Virus record (IMG/VR): IMGVR_UViG_3300030102_007788
Location: 32,001 to 96,000 of that record
Strand: one strand, 5' to 3'
Length of the DNA stretch: 64,000 nt
DNA from: a virus
This document shows positions 37,858 through 47,383 of the stretch, piece after piece. The translations under genes were made by a program, and so were the position numbers. The notes beneath the pieces are model-generated. The model worked only from the letters and a program-made list of their open reading frames with translations, had not been told where the DNA came from and made no database searches. Positions within the stretch are counted from its first letter, which is position 1. Every line of letters begins with the position of its first letter.

Positions 37858-39115
37858 TACCGATATAAACCAATACTACCCACAGGACGAAGTTCCTCCT
37901 GTTACTTTAACTGCTGGCGAGGCACCAGAAGCTGCTCCCGCAACACCAGAAGAACCCAAGCCAAATACTGAGGAGGCTCCAGCTACGGAACCTGTAGAAG
38001 ACTTGGGCATTGATTTACCAGATATTCCACTACCCGACGACGAACCGATAGAAGACGCGATCAAAGATACTTTTGACGATGCTGCTTTTAACTTTGCGGT
38101 TGTGGGTGTCGGGCAAGGAGGTTCTAGGCTGGCTGAGTCTTTTTGGAACTTGGGTTATCGTCGTGTTGGTGTTATTAACACCGCTCAACAGGATCTTTCT
38201 TTGATCAAAATTCCTGAATCAAATAAATTGCTAATTGGTGATGGAGGAGCTGGTAAAAATCCTGACGCCGCTGATGAGGTATTTAGAACTAGATATGAAG
38301 ACATATTAGATTTTCTTAAAAAGACTTTCGGCGCTGGATACGAAAGGGTTCTGGTGTGTGCTGGCGCAGGTGGAGGCACCGGAGCGGGAGGGGTCGCTAG
38401 GGTTTTGGAAATTTGCCATGATCTAAATCAGTCTCTCGGAAAAGAGACTAAGGATACTGACGCAAAGGTTGGATGCATTCTTGCGTTACCAACTAAAGGC
38501 GAAGGTATCAAAGTCCAAGACAACGCTAAGAAAACGACACTTAAAGTCTTAGACTTGCAAAAAGCTGGCGTTATCTCCCCGTTGGTTATACTGGACAATG
38601 AAAAAATTAAGCAGCTTTATCCCAAGCTGAGCGTAAATCAATTTTGGACTACTGCAAATAGCAGTATCTGTTCTGTATTTCATTTGTTCAATAAGATTTC
38701 CGCTAAAGAATCTGCTTATACTACTTTTGACAAAGCTGATTTGGATACTATTTTCTCATCGGGAATTATTATGTTTGGAGCAACTCCTGTTAAGGATACA
38801 TCCGAAACTGGCATTTCTTACGCCGTGAGAGATAATTTGCGTAAGAATATTTTAGCAGGCGTTGACGCATCAACCGGAAACGTTGCTGCTTGTATCATTA
38901 TCGGAGACAAAGATTCTCTTGACAATATCCCTCAGTCTAGCTTAGAACATGGGTTTGAACAATTGAGTCGGATGATGGGTTCAGGCTCAACAGTTCACCG
39001 CGGTATTTATGCTGGCGCCAAGAAAGGCGTAGCCGTTTATACTGCTATCGGAGGTCTGCAGGCACCTGAAAACCTGTTCGATTATTTCTTCAAAGTGGAC
39101 CGAGTATATAAATAG
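37850..39115 (+). CDS. Tubulin/FtsZ-superfamily GTPase (TubZ/PhuZ-like)
   Basis: VGVGQGG, INTA, GAGK, GGGTGAG signature, LDNEK, T7-like FDKADL. Confidence 0.9.
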   Translation: MSDTDINQYYPQDEVPPVTLTAGEAPEAAPATPEEPKPNTEEAPATEPVEDLGIDLPDIPLPDDEPIEDAIKDTFDDAAFNFAVVGVGQGGSRLAESFWNLGYRRVGVINTAQQDLSLIKIPESNKLLIGDGGAGKNPDAADEVFRTRYEDILDFLKKTFGAGYERVLVCAGAGGGTGAGGVARVLEICHDLNQSLGKETKDTDAKVGCILALPTKGEGIKVQDNAKKTTLKVLDLQKAGVISPLVILDNEKIKQLYPKLSVNQFWTTANSSICSVFHLFNKISAKESAYTTFDKADLDTIFSSGIIMFGATPVKDTSETGISYAVRDNLRKNILAGVDASTGNVAACIIIGDKDSLDNIPQSSLEHGFEQLSRMMGSGSTVHRGIYAGAKKGVAVYTAIGGLQAPENLFDYFFKVDRVYK

Positions 39116-39118
39116 TAT

Positions 39119-40624
39119 ATGCCCATATATTCTAATCAAGTCGAGCATCATGTGCTCGGCGGGCTGCTAAAACACCCAACTGTCCTTTCGGAGATTGATT
39201 CTTTTGTTAGTATAGGTGATTTCTACAACGATGTTCATCAGACTATATATTGCGTATTAAGAGATTCTATCCTTAGCGATGATAAGATCGATAAGGTGCT
39301 AATTGCTACAAAGATATCTAATTTAGGTATTTCCTCAAAAGATGATATCGAGATATACGATTATATAAATACTCTTTTCCACACCCCAATTACTAAAGGC
39401 GCTGTTATAGAAGCTTGCAAGGAATTGGTTAAGTTTAGAATCAGAAGAGAGTTAAGCGAGACTGCTGACAGAATAAAAGATCATGTTAAGAATTCTTCAT
39501 GCGAAACATTAGAGGATATTATATCTAAGTCAGACTCTATATACGGGGACAAGGTAACTAGCTACTCCTTTGAGGATGACCCTAAAAATGTTTTTGATGA
39601 TTTAGAATACCTCATTGAAGAGAGGGGCAACAACCCAGTCGAGGACACAGGACTCGCTACGCCTTACAATGAGTTTAATCGATTGTTTGGCGGCCTAAGA
39701 GACGGTAACGTATATGCAATTGTTTCTAGACCAGCGCAGGGTAAAACTACTTTCATAAACGACATCTGCCTTGGCACCGCAATCAAAGCAAACGTGCCAG
39801 TACTAGTACTGGATACAGAGATGACAACTGAAGAGATTCAGTTTCGTATGGCAGCAGCAAATACTGGAGTCCCTCTGTGGTATTTGGAAACTGGTAAGTT
39901 CAGAAATAACAAAGAAATGTTAAATAAGGTTAGAAACTATTTTAATAACCTTAAGACCCATAATTACTTCCACTACCATGTAAAAAATAAAAACGTTGAC
40001 GAGATATGCGCTTTAATTAGGAGGTGGCATATGAAGCATGTTGGCCGAGGTAATAAATGCATTATAGCTTACGACTATGTAAAACTTACAGGTGAAAAGG
40101 TAAGTCAAAACTGGGCAGAGCACCAAGCTATCGGCGAGAAGATTGATAAACTTAAAAGGATAGCTGAAGAAATAAAAGCTCCACTTATTACTGCTATGCA
40201 GATGAATAGGTCGGGAGAAAGCCATAACAGAAATTCTAATACTCTTGTTGACGATAGTTCAGTAATATCGTTATCCGATAGACTTCAGTGGTTTGCTACA
40301 TTCGTAGCCATCTTTCGGCGAAAGACGGTAGACGAAATAGCGTTAGATGGAGAACGTTTTGGTACTCATAAACTTGTACCACTTAAAACTCGATTCCAAG
40401 GTAAGGACGCAGCAGGTCACCAAGATTTAATTCGTCGGCAAACTGTAGAAACTATAAATGGCAGAGAGGTTGAAAGTGAAAGATTGATGAACAACTTCCT
40501 TAACTTCACCGTAGAGAACTTTAAAGTGTCAGAGCAAGGGTCACTTCAAGACATCATCAGATTTGAGTCTCAGAATTTTGATATACAGTCTGGAAACAAT
40601 GATGACGACGGATTACTAATATGA
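39119..40624 (+). CDS. dnaB: DnaB-type replicative helicase
   Basis: EHHVLGGLL N-domain, SRPAQGKTT, DTEM, DYVKL, QMNR. Confidence 0.92.
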   Translation: MPIYSNQVEHHVLGGLLKHPTVLSEIDSFVSIGDFYNDVHQTIYCVLRDSILSDDKIDKVLIATKISNLGISSKDDIEIYDYINTLFHTPITKGAVIEACKELVKFRIRRELSETADRIKDHVKNSSCETLEDIISKSDSIYGDKVTSYSFEDDPKNVFDDLEYLIEERGNNPVEDTGLATPYNEFNRLFGGLRDGNVYAIVSRPAQGKTTFINDICLGTAIKANVPVLVLDTEMTTEEIQFRMAAANTGVPLWYLETGKFRNNKEMLNKVRNYFNNLKTHNYFHYHVKNKNVDEICALIRRWHMKHVGRGNKCIIAYDYVKLTGEKVSQNWAEHQAIGEKIDKLKRIAEEIKAPLITAMQMNRSGESHNRNSNTLVDDSSVISLSDRLQWFATFVAIFRRKTVDEIALDGERFGTHKLVPLKTRFQGKDAAGHQDLIRRQTVETINGREVESERLMNNFLNFTVENFKVSEQGSLQDIIRFESQNFDIQSGNNDDDGLLI

Positions 40625-41517
40625 GCGATGGTATTAAAGATATCTTAACAGAGATAGGTTATACTCTTCGTGACTGCGGTAAGGAGTATAGAACTAAACC
40701 CCTATACAGAGATTCTGATAACCCAAATGTATTATGTATTCAAAAAGAAACTGGTGTTTGGTTTGACTTCAAAGAAAACAAATACGGAAAGCTAGAAGAT
40801 CTAGTAAAGCTCACCTTAGACCTCAAAGATATCTCAGAGGCAAAAGATTTCATCAAAAGCAAGGGCGTAACGCATACCGTAGCTCGACCAAAAGAAAAAC
40901 TAAAAAGCCAAGCCTTTTACAAGTTAGATAATTTGAGTAAAATGTTTCCCGAGTACGAATACTGGGAGAGTAGAGGTGTTAGCTCCACCACACTGAAGAT
41001 GTTAGAAAGCGGAGTGATGAAAGAGGGAAAATTAAACAGTAGATATGTTTTTCCTATTTTTGATGGTTATGATCGATTGGTAGGTTGCGCAGGGAGAGAT
41101 ATCACTAATAAAAGCCCGATAAAATGGAAACTTTTAGGGGAAAAGAGGTACTGGGTCTATCCTTTTAAATACAATAAAGATGAAATATTAAAAACCAAAC
41201 ACGTATTCCTAGTCGAAAGCATTGGCGATATGCTAAGCTTATGGGAAGCTGGGATTAAAAATACTTTAGTTTTATTCGGTTTATCCGCGTCATCAAAAAT
41301 TAAACAAATCTTGATGATGTTAAATCTGGATAAAATTTATATTTCCCTCAATAATGATGAAAGCGAAGCGGGGAACAATGCTGCGAAAAGCATTTACGTA
41401 AGCCTCTCTAATCATTTTGACAATAACCAGTTACAAATTGAACTTCCAACTAAAAACGATTTTGGTTGTATGTCAAAAGAAGAAATATTAACATGGCACA
41501 AAAGAATAAAGATGTAA
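40621..41517 (+). CDS. DnaG-type primase (Toprim)
   Basis: RYVFPIFD...VG.AGR, LVESIGD, LNND..GN. Confidence 0.85.
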   Translation: MSDGIKDILTEIGYTLRDCGKEYRTKPLYRDSDNPNVLCIQKETGVWFDFKENKYGKLEDLVKLTLDLKDISEAKDFIKSKGVTHTVARPKEKLKSQAFYKLDNLSKMFPEYEYWESRGVSSTTLKMLESGVMKEGKLNSRYVFPIFDGYDRLVGCAGRDITNKSPIKWKLLGEKRYWVYPFKYNKDEILKTKHVFLVESIGDMLSLWEAGIKNTLVLFGLSASSKIKQILMMLNLDKIYISLNNDESEAGNNAAKSIYVSLSNHFDNNQLQIELPTKNDFGCMSKEEILTWHKRIKM

Positions 41518-42491
41518 AAGAAAGAATACTTTCAGCATCTAGAATTAAGACCCTCGAGACTTGTTCTTGGTCATATTGGTGCAACTATCACCTAAAAGTA
41601 CCACAGAAGCAAAATGAGGGCGCCTTACGGGGTACTGTGTGCCATCTAGTGTTTGAAATGCTTGTCAAACCCAAACATAAAAAACATTTTACTAAAATTT
41701 TAAAGGCTAGCAGTATTCACGGTAGCCCTGCTGTTTTGCGTATGGTAATGAAGCACCTCACGCAAATGGAAAAAAGCTTTGACCTACCCATGACCAATGA
41801 GGAGAACACCGAATTGGTTGATGACATGATAGTTGTAGGCCTGAACTGCGATTTTTTTGGGAAAGGAGGTAAAGTTGACAAGCCTGAGCATGAGTTTCTT
41901 CTGGAAAGTAAAGATCCCGAATACAAAATAAGGGGCTTTATTGACAAACCTATAGTCTACAAAAAAGGTAAAAAGATTAAAATTGTAGATTATAAAAGTA
42001 GTAAGTATAAATTTCGTGGGGAAGAACTGCACTCAAATGTTCAAGCGATGGTTTATACTCTGGCTGCTCAAAAAGAGTGGGAAGGTTATACCCCTACTGT
42101 AGAATTTCAATTTCTGAGACACCCCCGCAGCCCATTGCAGCAGCTACAGTTTAATAAAGAGCAGCTTCGAGGACTAGAGTATTATCTAGCTCATACTTTT
42201 TTTATTATAAATAATTTTACAGAAGAAACCGCCAAAACTAACTATGCGGCAGACACCAAGAAAAATTCTTGGCTATGTAAGATTGGAAAATGGAGATGCC
42301 CTTACTTAGATGCGTATGATTACTTTGCTATTGTAGACAAAGAAGGTAAAGAAATTAAAAGCTCTTTTAAGCGTAAAGACTTGGTAGGCAAAGTTTTAGA
42401 TGGGCAAAAAATTAAAAAAAAGAATTACCCCGGATGCCCTCGTCACGAGCCGCAAAGCGCCTCAGAGAATATCCTTGACATGTTTACCTGA
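41493..42491 (+). CDS. PD-(D/E)XK RecB/Cas4-like exonuclease
   Basis: LSASRIK..C, RGTVCH, RGFID, IVDYKS, QAMVY, C-terminal cysteines. Confidence 0.85.
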   Translation: MAQKNKDVKERILSASRIKTLETCSWSYWCNYHLKVPQKQNEGALRGTVCHLVFEMLVKPKHKKHFTKILKASSIHGSPAVLRMVMKHLTQMEKSFDLPMTNEENTELVDDMIVVGLNCDFFGKGGKVDKPEHEFLLESKDPEYKIRGFIDKPIVYKKGKKIKIVDYKSSKYKFRGEELHSNVQAMVYTLAAQKEWEGYTPTVEFQFLRHPRSPLQQLQFNKEQLRGLEYYLAHTFFIINNFTEETAKTNYAADTKKNSWLCKIGKWRCPYLDAYDYFAIVDKEGKEIKSSFKRKDLVGKVLDGQKIKKKNYPGCPRHEPQSASENILDMFT

Positions 42492-42503
42492 TTCCATTAA
42501 GCT
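42475..42503 (+). promoter_or_regulatory. CCTG-spacer promoter
   Basis: TTGACA-TGTTTA-CCTG-ATTCCAT-TAAGCT. Confidence 0.75.
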
Positions 42504-42511
42504 TTTGTCTT

Positions 42512-43276
42512 ATGGAGGAAATTGTCCCGCTGTTTAAAAGTCATTGTAGTCTCGGGAGGTCAATACTGACCTTAGAGAAACCAAAGGATGAGGCTGACCC
42601 TGAAACCAGTGATTCAGTTTTCGATATAGTCAAGCAGGAAAACTTAGAGGATGTTTTTCTAGTCGAGGATAATATGACAGGTTTTCTTCAGGCCTACACA
42701 AATGCAGAAGAACTTGGAGTTAAACTAGTTTTTGGACTGCGCATTACTTTTTGCCCAGACCACGCAAATAAATCAGAAGAGGGAAGGAAAAATTCTTACA
42801 AAAATATTATATTTGCCAAGAACAACGCTGGGTATAAACAGTTAATAAAAATATATACTCACGCATCTCAGGATGGCTTCTATTATGAACCGCGTACAGA
42901 TAACGCTAAATTTAAAGAGTTTTATACGGAAGACCTGATGTTGGCGATACCTTTTTATGATTCTTTTCTGTATGTTAATAAATATACAGACTCAAGCTGT
43001 GTTCCGAATTTTTCTTTTTGTGATCCAATTTTCTTTGTTGAGGATAACGACGTGTTAGTCGATCAAGATTTGGAAGCTTCAGTGCATAAGTTTTGTGATG
43101 GTAAATATGACATAATCAAAACAAAAAGTATATTTTATAAAAATAAGACAGACTTCGGAGCTTATTTAACACACCGATGCATCAGTAAAAGAACCAGTTT
43201 GGAAAAGCCAAACTTTGATGGTATGTGCTCTAATGAATTTTGTTTTGAAAGCTACAAGGAGGTAGTGAATGGATAG
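42512..43276 (+). CDS. Stand-alone PHP domain of DNA polymerase III alpha
   Basis: KSHCSLG, EDNMTGF, GVKLVFG, FAKNNAGYKQLIKI, FYYEPR. Confidence 0.82.
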   Translation: MEEIVPLFKSHCSLGRSILTLEKPKDEADPETSDSVFDIVKQENLEDVFLVEDNMTGFLQAYTNAEELGVKLVFGLRITFCPDHANKSEEGRKNSYKNIIFAKNNAGYKQLIKIYTHASQDGFYYEPRTDNAKFKEFYTEDLMLAIPFYDSFLYVNKYTDSSCVPNFSFCDPIFFVEDNDVLVDQDLEASVHKFCDGKYDIIKTKSIFYKNKTDFGAYLTHRCISKRTSLEKPNFDGMCSNEFCFESYKEVVNG

Positions 43277-43934
43277 CCATTTAATTAGATTTCAAGAGAA
43301 AAAGTTTTTGTTTTTGGATTTTGAAACGTTTAATTTAAATTTAAACAACGAGTTTAATTTACCTTGGCAAGTTGCCACGTTATATCTAGAAACGAGGAAC
43401 AATGGAAATGGGAAGTTAATCACGGATGAGTTGTGCAGGCACGACTTGTATATTAAATGGGATACAGATTTAAAAATAGGAGAAGGAGCCAGAAGGATTA
43501 CTGGCTATTCCGAAACTAAATTTAAAAGTAGGTGCATACCGCAAGAGGAAGCTTTTAAAAAAATATACAACTTGTGCGAAGAGTGTGATTACATCGTAGG
43601 GCATAATGTTTTAGGGTTTGATATATACCTTTTAAGAGACTGGTACAGAGCTCACAGTAAAGAATATAAACATTTACCATTTAAAGTAATTGATACTTTA
43701 GCTTTTGCTAGATCAATAGCAATAGACTATAGCTTCGCAAACAGTGGTAGCTCTTTATTTGAATTTCAAATGAAGATGCTTAATGTAAGAAAAAAGGGCC
43801 TAAAAACCAGCTTGGGAGCTCTAGGCAAGTCTTATTCAATAGATCATGATTATGAAAAACTTCATGACGCTTTAGTTGATTTAGAACTTAACAGTAAAGT
43901 CTGGGATAAAATTAAACTCCAGATAGATTTTTAA
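43269..43934 (+). CDS. DEDDh 3'-5' exonuclease (DnaQ-like)
   Basis: LDFET, VGHNVLGFD, IDT, LHDALVD. Confidence 0.9.
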   Translation: MDSHLIRFQEKKFLFLDFETFNLNLNNEFNLPWQVATLYLETRNNGNGKLITDELCRHDLYIKWDTDLKIGEGARRITGYSETKFKSRCIPQEEAFKKIYNLCEECDYIVGHNVLGFDIYLLRDWYRAHSKEYKHLPFKVIDTLAFARSIAIDYSFANSGSSLFEFQMKMLNVRKKGLKTSLGALGKSYSIDHDYEKLHDALVDLELNSKVWDKIKLQIDF

Positions 43935-43956
43935 ATAATTAAAAAGCGGCTATAAT

Positions 43957-44202
43957 ATGGTTATGGCCAGTTTAGATTTTGTATATGACCTTACAGATAG
44001 ATTTGAAGAAGATAATATTGAGTATGTTGTCGTCGCTCTACGAGAAGGTAAAGAATTAGATAAAGTAGATGTATTTTATAAAACAAAACCAGAGTCAAAG
44101 GCCTCTATGCTTACTGCCTTGGAACAGCTTTCAAAGTTAATAAAAGAAGATGACGGAGATAGTTCAGACGGCAAAAAAAAGAAGAGGCGAAGGAAAAAAT
44201 AA
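43957..44202 (+). CDS. Hypothetical protein
   Basis: ORF with TATAAT just upstream. Confidence 0.6.
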   Translation: MVMASLDFVYDLTDRFEEDNIEYVVVALREGKELDKVDVFYKTKPESKASMLTALEQLSKLIKEDDGDSSDGKKKKRRRKK

Positions 44203-46780
44203 ATTTTCCAGTAGGTTTAAGTCTCTAAACGTTCCCCTACATGGAGTAAGATTACCAACGTTTACTCCTGAAAAAAAATATCTAGAAGAATATGGGGTCG
44301 ATGAATCGGCTTCTAATTTAGAATTCTTGAAGCAGATTTGCCGCAAGAGGTTCAAAGAACTCAAACTCGGGGAGAAAACGAACTCCAAAGAGTACAATGA
44401 CCGAATGATCAAAGAGCTTAACTTGATCGAAGAGTTAGGGTTCGTTGATTATATGCTTCTTGTCTGGAAGGTTATAAGATTCTGCAGGGACGGGGATATA
44501 CCCCTAGGTTTAGGAAGAGGTTCCGCTGCGGGGAGTTTGGTTTTATATCTTCTTCACGTTACCTCTATTGACCCAATCAAGTATGGTTTGTTTTTTGAAA
44601 GATTTGTTTCTAAAGCTCGCGCTAAAAAAAGTGTTGTAGATGGGGTGACTTATCTTGATGGAGACTTGATGTGTGACGTTGATATAGATGTATGTTATTA
44701 CAGGCGTCAAGAGATATTGCAGTACCTCAAACAAGAATTTGAAGGTTATAGTTCTAAAATTTTAACGCTCAACACGCTTTCCGGTAAACTTGTAATGAAG
44801 GAGTGCGGTAAAGTTGTCGCGGAGAAAAATGAAGTTGAAATGAATCAAGTGTCAGGAATGATACCTAAAATTTTTGGTCAGGTTATGGACATAGCCGATG
44901 CAAGAGAAGAGGTTCCTGAGTTTGACGAATGGTGTGATAATAATCCTAAAGTTTTTAAGATTGCTCAAAAGATAAAAGGACTGATTAAAAATAAAGGGGT
45001 TCATGCTTCAGCGGTCATGCTATCTTATCATAAAACTATAGATAGCTGTCCCTGCGAGCTTGACTCATCAAAAGAGCCTGTCTCCTCTTTTGAGGCTGAC
45101 TGGGTTAACAAATTTAATGTTAAATTAGATGTTTTAGGTTTAAGAACTTCTTCCGTGGTTCACGAATGTTGCAAAACGATTAGAGAGATAAGAGGCGAAG
45201 AGCTTTATCCCGAGACTATTGATTTAGATAATCCAGAAATTTATGAGTTATTAAATAGAGGGATGGAGGAAGGCCTCTCAAGCGGACTGTTTCAAATTGA
45301 AGGTGATTTGGCTGCTCAAACTTGCACCAAAGTTAAACCTACCAACTTTGAACATTTAAGTGCTGTTCTAGCACTAGCTAGGCCGGGAGCAATGGACTAC
45401 ATTGATCGTTATGCTGAATACGTTAACGAAAAAATCTATGAACCTGTCCATGAGTTCTTTGATGAGATCTTAGAGGAAACTGGCGGCATCGTTCTTTACC
45501 AAGAACAGATGATGAAGATGGCAAATAAAATCGGCTTCACTCTCGACGAGGCTGAAATTTTACGCCGTATTGTCGGTAAGAAAAAAGTCTCAGAAGTTAA
45601 AAAATGGAAAAAGAAGATTAGAGATAAAGTCAAGGAGAATAATCTAGCAAAGGAAATTGGAGACGTACTTTGGAAAGTATTAGAGGACTCTGCTAATTAC
45701 TCTTACAATAAATCGCATTCGGTTTCTTATGCAGCTTTAGCTGCCGCTACTGCTTACTTAAAATTTAAATATCCTCGTGAATTTTACTTGTCGTTACTTA
45801 AAATGACAAAGTATGAACCTAAACCTTTAGAGGAAATAGCCAGCATATCCCGCGAGCTAAAGTTAATGGGAATTAAATTGCTCGGGCCAAACTTATTGAA
45901 GTCTGAAATGGATTTTTCTGTCGAGGGAGAAAATATTAGATTTGGCTTAACTTCAATTAAGGGTATTGCTGAAAAGTCTATAGAAAAGCTAGAGTCTTTT
46001 AAAGACCAATACTCGAACAAGTTTGAAGTGTTCCAAGGAGCCAACCAAGCAGGGATTGGAGTAGGTATATTATCATCCCTTATTCAAGCGGGGGCTTTGG
46101 ACGGAGATATAAAGCAATCTAGAAGTAAAATAGTAGCCGAAGCACAACTTTGGAATTTACTAACAGCAAGAGAGCGTGGTCTAGTTTTTGATATTGCGGC
46201 TGAATACAATTACGATTTGTCTAAGATAGTTCAAATGATGTTTAAAGAGCTCAAAGATATCAAAGGAAAACCTTTGATTAAAGAGTCACGGATGAACACT
46301 ATCCGAAAACATTTTGCGCCGTATAAAGAAATCTACAATAAAAATAGCGCTAATGAAGATTTTGCAAACTGGTACTATGAAAACATATTACTAGGATATA
46401 CTTACGGTAAAAGATTAAAGGACGTAAGCCCCGAGTACAATCATTTAGTTTCTATTGAAGATGCTTTACAAGCAGGGGAGGGCTCAGTTTCCTTTATCGG
46501 TACTGTTGAAGATACTTGGCTAACTAAAAGTAAGAAGGGAACTCCTTACTTTAAGATAACCATGAAAGATGAATCTGCCGATTGCACCGTTATGATTTTT
46601 TCTAACAAGAAAAAAGACAACATTGAGGAATGTAAACGCGCCAACGATGGAGTGCTACCCAAAAAGGGTAATATTGTAATTATAAAAGGCGTAGTAAAAG
46701 AAGGTAATACTGTTTTTGGTAATTTAGCCAAAGTACAGGATCAAAAAATTTATATGAAATTAAGCGAGATAAAGTCTTGA
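44150..46780 (+). CDS. dnaE: DNA polymerase III alpha catalytic core (no PHP domain)
   Basis: GRGSAAGS, FERF, DVDID, KLDVLG, YQEQ, NKSH, C-terminal OB fold. Confidence 0.95.
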   Translation: MTEIVQTAKKRRGEGKNKFSSRFKSLNVPLHGVRLPTFTPEKKYLEEYGVDESASNLEFLKQICRKRFKELKLGEKTNSKEYNDRMIKELNLIEELGFVDYMLLVWKVIRFCRDGDIPLGLGRGSAAGSLVLYLLHVTSIDPIKYGLFFERFVSKARAKKSVVDGVTYLDGDLMCDVDIDVCYYRRQEILQYLKQEFEGYSSKILTLNTLSGKLVMKECGKVVAEKNEVEMNQVSGMIPKIFGQVMDIADAREEVPEFDEWCDNNPKVFKIAQKIKGLIKNKGVHASAVMLSYHKTIDSCPCELDSSKEPVSSFEADWVNKFNVKLDVLGLRTSSVVHECCKTIREIRGEELYPETIDLDNPEIYELLNRGMEEGLSSGLFQIEGDLAAQTCTKVKPTNFEHLSAVLALARPGAMDYIDRYAEYVNEKIYEPVHEFFDEILEETGGIVLYQEQMMKMANKIGFTLDEAEILRRIVGKKKVSEVKKWKKKIRDKVKENNLAKEIGDVLWKVLEDSANYSYNKSHSVSYAALAAATAYLKFKYPREFYLSLLKMTKYEPKPLEEIASISRELKLMGIKLLGPNLLKSEMDFSVEGENIRFGLTSIKGIAEKSIEKLESFKDQYSNKFEVFQGANQAGIGVGILSSLIQAGALDGDIKQSRSKIVAEAQLWNLLTARERGLVFDIAAEYNYDLSKIVQMMFKELKDIKGKPLIKESRMNTIRKHFAPYKEIYNKNSANEDFANWYYENILLGYTYGKRLKDVSPEYNHLVSIEDALQAGEGSVSFIGTVEDTWLTKSKKGTPYFKITMKDESADCTVMIFSNKKKDNIEECKRANDGVLPKKGNIVIIKGVVKEGNTVFGNLAKVQDQKIYMKLSEIKS

Positions 46781-46805
46781 CACGAAACCCTGAATCAAAT
46801 ACTCT
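46777..46805 (+). promoter_or_regulatory. CCTG-spacer promoter
   Basis: TTGACA-CGAAAC-CCTG-AATCAAA-TACTCT. Confidence 0.75.
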
Positions 46806-46816
46806 AATCAACTGAC

Positions 46817-47383
46817 ATGTTACAGTTCTATAAACCTAATCCAAAAAATAGCGGCTCCGCCTGTTCGTTCTCCTACAGCAAAAAAGACAAAGCTGTCTGG
46901 GTGAATTTCGTTAAACAAGCTACTTGGAACGACCAAACCAAAACTGGAACGTTCAAGAGCTCTGGCCCAGACAAGAAGGCTAACTCAAAGTTTAATATAA
47001 CTGAGGTAGCTGGAGTTGTCCGAGCCATTGAGCAAAATAGCGAGTTTGGCAACTTTCACGGAAACAAGGAAAGAAACACCACCTTTAAGTTTTGCCCATA
47101 TTTACGAGACGGCAAACAAGTAGGTTATAGCTTTTCCTTGAACCAGAATGATTCTCAAGCTAACGTAAAGAAATCTTTTATCATTGGGTTCACCTTTGAA
47201 GAAGGCAGGATGTTGAAAGAGTATGCTTTGGCAGCTATGAGAAATTATTTTGATACCGTTATCGACGAAAGCAATTACGGCGGAAATGGTCAAAATACTA
47301 AGCCAAATGAGGAAAAAGTAGAAAATACGGCTCCTTCCACGAATAATAACCAAGGTGGCAACGTTGGTGATATTCCGTGGTAA
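46817..47383 (+). CDS. Putative ssDNA-binding protein (Whirly/PC4-like repeat)
   Basis: Two beta-beta-beta-alpha units; disordered tail ending DIPW; located after the polymerase. Confidence 0.5.
   Translation: MLQFYKPNPKNSGSACSFSYSKKDKAVWVNFVKQATWNDQTKTGTFKSSGPDKKANSKFNITEVAGVVRAIEQNSEFGNFHGNKERNTTFKFCPYLRDGKQVGYSFSLNQNDSQANVKKSFIIGFTFEEGRMLKEYALAAMRNYFDTVIDESNYGGNGQNTKPNEEKVENTAPSTNNNQGGNVGDIPW

Noticed and set aside
37850-39115. Evidence for a phage nucleus
   Set aside because: No chimallin or multisubunit phage RNAP recognisable in the window; promoters look dependent on host RNAP
41493-42491. Cas4 implying a CRISPR system
   Set aside because: Stand-alone PD-(D/E)XK nucleases are common in phage replication modules; no cas1/cas2 or array
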